Below, piece by piece: positions 19,413 to 27,364 of a stretch of 64,000 bases of DNA (position 1 is its first letter; the number at the start of each line of letters is the position of its first letter). Both the position numbers and the translations under genes were made by a program. The notes beneath the pieces are model-generated. The model was given only the letters and a program-made list of their open reading frames with translations. It was not told where the DNA came from and ran no database searches. This DNA is from Spirochaetia bacterium (GTDB lineage Bacteria; Spirochaetota; Spirochaetia; SZUA-6; Bin103). The stretch is taken from positions 32,001 through 96,000 of the forward strand of contig CBDBOV010000002.1 of the NCBI GenBank assembly GCA_965208575.1, written 5' to 3'.

Positions 19413-20426
19413 CTGAGAAACAACAATCAGGCGGCCTCCGGGACAAGCTCATAACCGAGTGCGTGTGCCTGCCTTCGGAGCCGGCGTTCAAAGCGGCGCC
19501 GGTCCTGGCGCTCCTCGGCGGCGAGGAATCGTAGGCCACGCGATGCGTGATCAGATGGTAGATGATCCGAGCCAGTTTATGCGCGACTGCAGTGGTCGCT
19601 TCGGGAGTACCCAGACGCGCCCGCATGCGGCGGAAGTGCTGGCCCAGGGCCGATGGGCTGCGGTACAACGACTGGGTCGCCCAGTGCAGCGCCTCGATTG
19701 GTGCCCCGACCGGATAGTGTTGTTCGACCCGACTTGTAGCGACCAGTACATTGAGGACTTTCTTTCCCGAGTCCGCATCGATTCCCTCATCCGGTGGGTC
19801 GTCGACCGCGCCGGGTGAGATCCCGGTAGACAAGCGCGGCGATGACACTGCTCGATCATCGTTCAGCGTTGAACAGATTCTCGACGAGTGCCCCGATGAC
19901 GCACTCATCGTCGGCCCGCACGTCAACCAGCCACGTGGACTGCTCGACCTCTCCGGCCGTGGCAGGAACGGCGCGCGGTGTTGCGTCATGCGAGCCTCGC
20001 CGCGGTCGAGGTTGTCCCCGACTACCCTGTCGACGAGTCCTGGATCGACGGCAGCAGGTCGGAGATCGGGCGCAGGCTCCCGAGGCTATGGAGCTCGGAC
20101 AGCCACGCTCCTGAGAAACAACAATCAGGCGGCCTCCGGGACAAGCTCATAACCGAGTGCGTGTGCCTGCCTTCGGAGCCGGCGTTCAAAGCGGCGCCGG
20201 TCCTGGCGCTCCTCGGCGGCGAGGATGCTGTCATCGTAGGCCACGCGATGCGTGATCAGATGGTAGATGATCCGAGCCAGTTTATGCGCGACTGCAGTGG
20301 TCGCTTCGGGAGTACCCAGACGCGCCCGCATGCGGCGGAAGTGCTGGCCCAGGGCCGATGGGCTGCGGTACAACGACTGGGTCGCCCAGTGCAGCGCCTG
20401 GGCGGCCCGATTGGTGCCCCGACCGG
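19063..20426. repeat. Imperfect tandem duplication of PHP tail plus IS110 end (19063-19712 and 19713-20426)
   Basis: Near-identical copies with 7- and 8-bp deletions and a spliced-in piece of IS interior at 19772-19817. Confidence 0.85.
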
Positions 20427-21513
20427 TGTGCGAGCTGATGATCTTGCCGCCGGTGATCTGGTTGTGGGGGCACAGGTGCAGCCAGGAGGCGAATTGCGGT
20501 GCGGTCGGAAAGCGGGACAGTTCCGGGCCGAGTTCGGTGAACAGAACCAGCGCCGTACTTTCGCCGATGCCGGGAATCAGCGTCAGGTCAGTGCCGAACA
20601 GGTGCGTAAGGTGGCCGCGCAGGTCGAACCGCTTGGCCGGTGACTCGGTTGGCGCCTCGGGCTCCGCATCGATTCCCTCATCCGGTGGGTCGTCGCCCAC
20701 CGCGCCGGGTGGCTCGCTGCTGGCTTCGAACGCGCGGATGCCGGCTTCGATTTCCTGATCGCACTCCGTGATGAGTTGTTGGTAGTGGGCATAGGTCGCT
20801 CGCGCGTGCCGCAACGCCAACAGGTGCTCGGCGCGCCAGTCGCCCTGCAGCGCCTTGATCAAGGTCTCGCGGCTGGCTTTGATCCGCCGGTCGGCCAGAG
20901 CGGCCAACCGCGCCGGATCCCGCTCACCCGCCAGGATAGCGTCCGTAATGGCCAGACCGGTCGTCCCCGTCAGGTCAGAGATGGCATGGTGCAGATGCAC
21001 GTTCATCTGGCTGTACGCCTTCTGCATGTGCAACACGCTGCGCGACGCCATCTTGATCAAGGTGTCGCGATGGCGCAGCACCGAGCGCAGTGCACACACC
21101 TCGTCGGCAGGGCGGAATGAGCCGCGCAGCAATCCCACCGAGTGCAGGTAGCGCAACCACTCGCAGTCGGCCACGTCGGACTTCCGACCGGGTACCGAGT
21201 GCACGTGACGCGCATTCACCAGCACCACGTCGAAGCCGTGTGCCTCCAGGATCTGATACACCGGAATCCAGTACACACCGGTGGACTCCATCGCCACCGT
21301 GGTGACCTCGCATTCCTTGAGCCAGTCGGCCAAGGCGTGCAGGTCCGCGGTGAACGTAGCAAAGTTCCGGATCGGGTCCGGGTCGCGCTCCGGGCGCACA
21401 GCCGCGTACACCTCGGTAGCGCCTATGTCCAAGCCGGCAGCGTCCGGGTGCATCACCTTTGGTTGCGCTGTGCGACTGCCCTTGCCCTTGCGTCTGTGTC
21501 TGCGTCGTGCCAT
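20125..21513 (-). CDS. IS110 DEDD recombinase/transposase
   Basis: GLDIG, AMESTGVYW, KSDVADC (DEDD RuvC-like); LIPGIG; TAVAHKLARIIY; GGAGG RBS before ATG 21513. Confidence 0.96.
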   Translation of the reverse strand: MARRRHRRKGKGSRTAQPKVMHPDAAGLDIGATEVYAAVRPERDPDPIRNFATFTADLHALADWLKECEVTTVAMESTGVYWIPVYQILEAHGFDVVLVNARHVHSVPGRKSDVADCEWLRYLHSVGLLRGSFRPADEVCALRSVLRHRDTLIKMASRSVLHMQKAYSQMNVHLHHAISDLTGTTGLAITDAILAGERDPARLAALADRRIKASRETLIKALQGDWRAEHLLALRHARATYAHYQQLITECDQEIEAGIRAFEASSEPPGAVGDDPPDEGIDAEPEAPTESPAKRFDLRGHLTHLFGTDLTLIPGIGESTALVLFTELGPELSRFPTAPQFASWLHLCPHNQITGGKIISSHTGRGTNRAAQALHWATQSLYRSPSALGQHFRRMRARLGTPEATTAVAHKLARIIYHLITHRVAYDDSILAAEERQDRRRFERRLRRQAHALGYELVPEAA

Positions 21514-21529
21514 GAAACCTCCGCTACGA

Positions 21530-21716
21530 CTGAGTGGTGCGGCCAAGGCGTGTGTAGCAGGTATTCTCCTGAACGGGATGATCGCCACCCGGCCGCGCCG
21601 GCTGACAACCTCACCAATGACTACGCCACCCGCCCCGGGGCCAAGCTCTTGAACGGGTTCGCAGAACGTAACGCCAGTGACGCGCCGGCCTACTTTCGCG
21701 CTCCACCCAGAACTCT
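21530..21716 (-). ncRNA. Predicted IS110 bridge RNA (target- and donor-binding loops); ends approximate
   Basis: Two repeated modules GTCA(C/T)TGG...CCCGTTCA(A/G)GAG whose loops match the reconstructed target (8 nt) and donor (7 nt); TATAGT -10-like hexamer at 21723-21728. Confidence 0.8.
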
Positions 21717-21783
21717 GCCCACACTATAGCTCACCCTTGTTTCTTTCATGACTGCGCCGGCCCAGGGGCCGGTGGGATAGCTC

Positions 21784-22028
21784 TTGATCAGGTCGGCCGA
21801 CGATTCACGTGGATCAAGATGACCAGACCGGATGCCGGTGGTCTGCGCCTGGCGCTTCTCGACGGGGACGGTTCGGTACGGCCGACGGCGGCCGGTGATG
21901 CGGTCCACCCAAATTCTCATGCTGCATCGGCAATTGAGAGCATCCGCATCCACAAGGCCAAGTACCTGGGGCGCTCGGAGCCGCTGACCGTCCCGTTCAA
22001 CCCGTGGTTCAACACGATCATCGGCGGA
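21784..22028 (+). pseudogene. Continuation of the PHP-ATPase after the IS, truncated at Walker A
   Basis: DQVGRRFTWIKMTRP...LRLALLDG...FNPWFNTIIGG, then similarity ends. Confidence 0.82.
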
Positions 22029-22672
22029 TCGTGGGGAGCGATCCCGACGGTGTCACGCGCCTGACGTTGGCGGGCACTCTTCTGTGCACGTCGAGGCCGC
22101 AGGAGTGGTTGCCCCATGCTCAGATTCAGGCGGTGAGCTATGCAGGCGAGCGCCACGACGTAAACTACCAGACGGACGCGCGTGACATGGATGGCCCGCT
22201 GGACGTACAGATTGGGGACGCCTTGCACTTCGTGCGACGGAACATGCTCGTGCGCGCCACGAAAGTTACCGCCCGGGTGGAGCGGCCGCAATTCAGCGAG
22301 CGCGCGGTGTTCGAGGCGCTGGTGAACGCCGTGGCCCACCGAGACTACTCGATGGCAGGTGCTCGCGTTCGACTGCACCTGTTTGCCGATCGACTGGAGC
22401 TGTACGTGCCCGGAGATCTGGTCAATACGCTTACGATCGACAGCCTGCATCTGCGCCAGGCCAACCGTAATGAATTGATCGTGTCGCTGCTCGGACGCTG
22501 TCCTGCACCGGGCGGTCTCGGCCGCTCCCATCTCATGGACCGACGCGGGGACGGCGTTCCGATCATTCGGCGGGAGTGTCGAGAGTTGTCGGGCCGGCTT
22601 CCGGAATACGAACTGATCGATGACAGCGAGCTGCGCCTCATCATCCGCGCGGCGAATCCGGTTGAGCAGTAA
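22025..22672 (+). pseudogene. C-terminal HATPase_c_4 (RecG-C-like) fragment of an AlbA_2/Schlafen-type ATP-binding protein
   Basis: VFEALVNAVAHRDYS, DRLELYVPG, RNELIVSLL, MDRRGDGV; N-terminus missing. Confidence 0.8.
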
Positions 22673-22819
22673 CGACGACGAGCGAACACTTGGTGTCCGG
22701 AGCTTCGATGTCGCGCCGGCACCTCCATCTTCCGACCTGCCGGCGGGACAGGGTGTCGTAGTATATTCGCCGGGCGAAGTCACGGTGGCTATGGGCATGA
22801 TCATGAAGAAGGGAACCAC

Positions 22820-24366
22820 ATGGCAGTAACGAATCACGAGCGGGTCGGCAAGCGGGCGTTATCAACAGGCGGAGTTCGCCGCCGATCTGTGGCAGGTGTT
22901 CCTCGGCGATGGATCTGACGAGTATCGCGACCCGGCGGAGTTTTTCCGTCGCACCTACCTGACCACGAGCCTGCGGCAGATGCTGGTCGGTGCGGTGCAG
23001 CGGCTCACCGGGCGGGGCGGCGATCCGGTCGTGCAACTGCAGACCAACTTCGGCGGCGGCAATGCCGGCCGAGCCGCCGGCCGTGTTCGGTGATGGGCTT
23101 CGGCGGCTGGCGACTGCCGCTACGTACCTGTACGAGGACAACGCGCGCTACTGGTTCGCCACCCAGCCCACGGTCACCAAGCTGGCGGAAGATCGAGCCG
23201 AGCAGATGCGGCGCAATCCGGACCGCGTGGTGCTTGAAATCGCCAAACGCGTGCGGGCCGACCTGCGCCAGAAGGGAGACTTCAGCCGGGTGCACCCGTT
23301 GCCGCACTCGGGCCAGGACGTGCCCGACGACATGGACGCACGGCTCGTCGTTGTGGGAATCGAGTACCCGCACAGCCGGGGCGGTGAGAGCCCCGCACTC
23401 AAGCAGGCGCAGGCGATTCTGGAGTCACGCGGCACTGCGCCGCGCATCTACCGCAACACGCTGGTGTTTCTCGCCGCCGACGCCACCCGCCTGCAGGAGC
23501 TCGACGAGGCGGTGCGGCGCTTTCTGGCCTGGGAGTCGATCGTCGCCGATCAGGAGCACCTCAATCTGGCCCCGCAGCAGGTGCGGCAGGCGGAAACGCA
23601 GCGCGAGGTTGCGGCAACCGAGGTGACGACCCGGATTCCCGAGACCTACCGGTGGCTGCTGGTGCCGGGACAGTCCGACCCGCACGGAGCGGCCACGTGG
23701 GAGACCTTGAACCTGACGGGGTCCGACCCGCTTGCGGTTCGTGCATCCCGCCGGCTGCGGGATCAGGACGGACTCCTGACCGCGTACGCCGCGACCCTCT
23801 TGCGAATGGAGCTGGACCGCGTTCCGCTCTGGCGCGGCGATCATGTGTCGGTCTCCCAGCTCGCCGAGGACTTCGCCCGCTACCTCTACCTGCCCCGTCT
23901 CAGGGGACCGGAGGTGCTGCTGCGCACCATCGACGACGGGGTGTCCCTGATCACCTGGGAGCAGGAGACCTTCGCATTCGCCGAGAGCTTCGACGAAGAT
24001 GCCAAACGCTACCGCGCGCTGCGCGTCCAGGATCGGATCAACCTGCCCGACGCAAGTGCTCCGGGAGTGCTCGTCAAGCCCGCGGTGGCCCGGCAGCAAC
24101 TCGATAAGGTAGAGCCCCCGCCGCCGCCACCACCCCCACCGCCGCCGCCGAACGGTGGTGGCAACGGCCCGGGTCCCCCACCACCACCGCCGCCTCGGCT
24201 GCTAAAGCGCTTCCACGGTGCCGTGGCGCTCGACGCCACCCGCGTCGGCCGCGACGCCAGCCAGATTGCCGACGAGGTGATCGCCCATCTCGCCGGGCTG
24301 GTAGGGGCCAACGTGACCGTTACGCTGGAGATAGAGGCCGAGATGCCGGGCGGCGCCCCCGAGCAC
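22820..24366 (+). pseudogene. DUF499 AAA+ ATPase in three fragments
   Basis: MAVTNHERVGK start; GRYQQAEFAADL...FFRRTYLT...LQTNFGGG; then YRNTLVFLAAD...RFHGAVALDATRVGRDA; deletions near 22851 and 23061, C-terminus lost. Confidence 0.85.
24115..24196 (+). repeat. Poly-proline low-complexity tract (CCG/CCA)n
   Basis: PPPPPPPPPPPPNGGGNGPGPPPPPPP linker in the DUF499 C-terminal region. Confidence 0.8.
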
Positions 24367-25097
24367 GAGAGGAACGTGTACTGGACGATCCGAGCACGTT
24401 GGCGATCAAGGGTCTTGGGCAATTCCGTGAGTTCCCCGTCGTGTCCGAGTTCCGTGGCTTATTGGAGAACTGGCACATTTCCGACTTCCAGATCAGCTCT
24501 GCCCGACAAAGCAGCGACGCGGGACTCTCGGAGCATCTGTCCACACGAGGCGACGACGTCGCTCAGGCCGCGGCATACTTGTATGAGCAACACCCCGATC
24601 GATTCCAACGTATCCTGGAGGTCATGCGCCAACGGGTACCAGGAGTTACCCGCGTAGAAGCCAGAGCGACCGAAGACGGGCGCTTGGTATTGAGGTTTCA
24701 AGACGGCAGCTTTCAGGATCCGTTCATCGCTCGTTACGTTTCTGATGGCACAATAAAGATGTTTGCCTACTTGATCCTCCTGCACGACCCGAAGCCGCAT
24801 CCGGTGTTGGCCGTGGAGGAGCCGGAGAATCAACTCTATCCACGACTTCTGAGTGAACTGGTGGAGGAGTTCCGCGACTATGCACGGCGTGGCGGCCAGG
24901 TATTCGTCTCCACTCACTCACCTGAGTTCATCAACGGCGCAAGTCTCGAAGAGATCTATTGGCTGGAGAAGAAGAATGGCTTTGCCGACGTCCAGCGGGC
25001 TGCTGATCGTGACCTGTTACGCCGATTGATCGACGAGGGAGATCGTCCTGGGGAACTTTGGAAACAGGGCCTGTTCGTGGGAGTGGATCCAGATTGA
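24366..25097 (+). pseudogene. ABC/AAA_21 ATPase, C-terminal half
   Basis: VSDGT signature, AVEEPENQL Walker B, STHSP H-loop; Walker A absent. Confidence 0.85.
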
Positions 25098-25370
25098 GCA
25101 GAGTTGGAAGCGTGGTATCTGGGTGACACGGAGGCTCTCGCTCATGCCTTCGGACATGAGTCGCTCCGAGGGCTGAACCGTAAGGCCAGGTTTCGCGATC
25201 CTGACTCCGTGTCACGACCGTCGGACGCGATCCGTAGACTGGTGCCGGAGTTCCAGAAAGTATCGGGGGCACGACTCATGGCCCAGCATCTGTCGCGCGA
25301 TGGCAACCGGTCACGCAGTTACCAAGTGCTCTTGGAAGGCATTGATGAAATTGGTGGATTCCAGGTGTAG
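25094..25370 (+). pseudogene. DUF4276-like protein with internal deletion
   Basis: TTG start overlaps the ATPase stop (MSRV), then shifts frame to ELEAWYLGD...FQKVSGAR...NRSRSY. Confidence 0.75.
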
Positions 25371-25455
25371 ACACGCGACTTGCGCGTTTGTAAGAGACAC
25401 AGCCAGAAAGGAATTGTGCTTCGTGGACATCGGCGACATCGACCAGACGTGACTA

Positions 25456-26325
25456 CTAGCGCTGCTTTGCCCAGGGCTGCGGGGTGGTATAGCCCAGCTC
25501 GGCGTAGGGGTCGTCGCCGCGGATCGGCACGACACCGCGGTAGTTCTGTGCGCCGCCCCAGGTGAGCCACGTCGACGCGCTGCAGTAGTGGAAGGTGAGG
25601 GCCGGACGGTGGCTGTCGCTGCGGTTCTTGTGCGAGCTGTGCAGCAGGTAGCCGCTGAAGAACAGGACGCTGCCGGCGGCCATCTGGACCGGGATGGCTC
25701 CGGTGTCGTCGAAGCCGCGCGCGACCGGATTGCTGTCGACGTCCGGCAGGTCGTGGGCGTAGCGTTCGTAGATCACCCCCGACTTGTGGCTGTCCGGCAG
25801 GATCCGCAGGCATCCGTTCGCCACCGTCGCGTCGGCGAGCGCGATCCACACGCCGGTCAGCGAGCGGTCGCGCGTCGGGATCGGGTGCTCGTCCTGGTGC
25901 CACGGGCTGCCGGCGCCGCCCGGAGGCTTGACCACGAACATGCTCTGCATGCACTTGTAGGCGCCGTTCCAGAATGGCACGTAGGCGCCGACGACGTGGT
26001 CGAGGACGCGGCAGATGCCGGAGTGGGTCATGGCGTTGCGGATGACCGCGCTGTAGGCATGCGGCTGCCCCAGGTACATGTGGCGGCCGATGAGCCGTTC
26101 GTCGTCCTCGGGCCAGTCGACCGGCTCGATCCGGTTGCGCCAGGTCACGCCCTCGGCAGGCGAGCGCGAGTAGTCGCCCCGGTTGATCCTGCGCAGCTCA
26201 CGCGTGATCTCGGCGCGCTCGGCCTCGTCCACCAGGCCGGTAACCAGCACGTACCCGCGCTCGATGTAGGCTCTTCTCAATTCGTCGCCCGACGCACGCG
26301 CCGGATCGAACTTCGCGATTGTCAT
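25456..26325 (-). CDS. Phytanoyl-CoA dioxygenase (PhyH) family
   Basis: PWHQDE, WIALADATVANGCL, PDSHK, LLHSS, R in HRPALTFHY. Confidence 0.92.
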   Translation of the reverse strand: MTIAKFDPARASGDELRRAYIERGYVLVTGLVDEAERAEITRELRRINRGDYSRSPAEGVTWRNRIEPVDWPEDDERLIGRHMYLGQPHAYSAVIRNAMTHSGICRVLDHVVGAYVPFWNGAYKCMQSMFVVKPPGGAGSPWHQDEHPIPTRDRSLTGVWIALADATVANGCLRILPDSHKSGVIYERYAHDLPDVDSNPVARGFDDTGAIPVQMAAGSVLFFSGYLLHSSHKNRSDSHRPALTFHYCSASTWLTWGGAQNYRGVVPIRGDDPYAELGYTTPQPWAKQR

Positions 26326-26574
26326 CGACTCGCCGCCTCCCGCAACCACACTGCCATGCCCTTGATCCCGCGATGCACCGAGCGCGAATCAGGGCGGCGC
26401 GGTCAGTTCGCCGTTCGGCGCTCGATCGCGACCTTGCCGCAGTCGGCCCGCACGAATCTGACCCGTACGGGTCACGACGGTCAATACACCGCTGACAACC
26501 CATACTGGAAATAAATGTTGCCAGTTGGTCATGGTTCCGGTAAGATGCGTGACCACTATGGCGCCCACCGGACC

Positions 26575-26952
26575 TACTGCATCGATCACGCCCTGGTCGC
26601 ATCGGTGTCGGCGCAGATACTGATCAACTTCGGCCATCTTCTGGAGAATCTCGTATTCGTGACGCTGCGCCGGAATCACCAGGAGATCTACTACTACAAG
26701 ACCAGGAACGGCCGCGAGGTGGACTTCGTCGTCCCCCGCCGCCGCGCGCGGCCGATGCTGGTGCAGGTGTGCGAGTCGCTGGTAGATCCGGCAACGCGAC
26801 AGCGCGAGACGGCGGCGCTGAACGAAGCAATGCGTGAGCTGGAAGTGACCAGTGGAACGATTGTCACACGCGACGAGCAGGAACTGATCGAGGCCCCGGC
26901 CGGCAGCATCGAGGTGGTGCCGGTCTGGCGTCTCCTGCTCGCTATGGAGTGA
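26575..26952 (+). pseudogene. DUF4143 C-terminal fragment of an AAA_14 ATP-binding protein
   Basis: YCIDHAL, GHLLENLVF, YYYKTRNGREVDF, VQVC; ATPase domain missing. Confidence 0.8.
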
Positions 26953-26975
26953 CACAGACGTTACGATTCATCCGC

Positions 26976-27221
26976 ATGAGGACGATCACTCAGCGCGAGC
27001 TCCGCAACGAGTTGGCGGCCATCCTGCGTGACGTGCAAGCGGGCCGGAGTATGATCGTGACCCGGAGTGGAACCCCGGTCGCGGAGTTGAGGCCTGTGGC
27101 GTTGCGCCGGTTCGTGTCCAGGGCCGCCGTCGCCGAAGCCGCGTCCGCCATGCCGCGGATCGATGCGGCGCGCTTTCGGGCCGACCTGGAGGCGGTAGTT
27201 GATCCGTTCATCCATGGCTGA
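26976..27221 (+). CDS. Phd/YefM antitoxin (orphan)
   Basis: MRTITQRELRN...IVTRSGTPVAELRP. Confidence 0.88.
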   Translation: MRTITQRELRNELAAILRDVQAGRSMIVTRSGTPVAELRPVALRRFVSRAAVAEAASAMPRIDAARFRADLEAVVDPFIHG

Positions 27222-27364
27222 AGCAGGGGTGAATTGAGAGCGGGGATTGCGGGATTGCGGCGAGCGGGTTTGCGGGAGTTTCGCGTGGCGGGGCTGCCCG
27301 GGTGCGCCGGTCTGGGGGCGAGGTGAGCCACCCCGCCGGCGCGGCTTCCAGACCACGCGGCGCC

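Larger units (their letters stand above)
20111..21783 (-). mobile_element. IS110-family insertion sequence, complete
   Basis: Removing it restores the in-frame host sequence SDSH-ALDQVGRRFTWIKM; GCTC at both junctions (20107-20110, 21780-21783); no terminal inverted repeats. Confidence 0.93.

Noticed and set aside
19324-19989. Second IS110 transposase
   Set aside because: Only scrambled pieces of the adjacent copy inside the mosaic duplication.
20111-20130. Promoter formed across the IS circle junction
   Set aside because: Candidate TTGTTG and TATCCC are only 12 nt apart; the internal TATAGT is a better -10.
20107-21783. GCTC as a classical target-site duplication with terminal inverted repeats
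   Set aside because: No TIRs are present; for IS110 the shared bases are better read as the recombination core common to donor and target.
22667-22829. Possible gene fragment before the DUF499 start
   Set aside because: Coding-like and overlaps the next start, but no recognisable family.
22990-24657. Single 555-aa protein
   Set aside because: Chimeric frame running across two deletion junctions.
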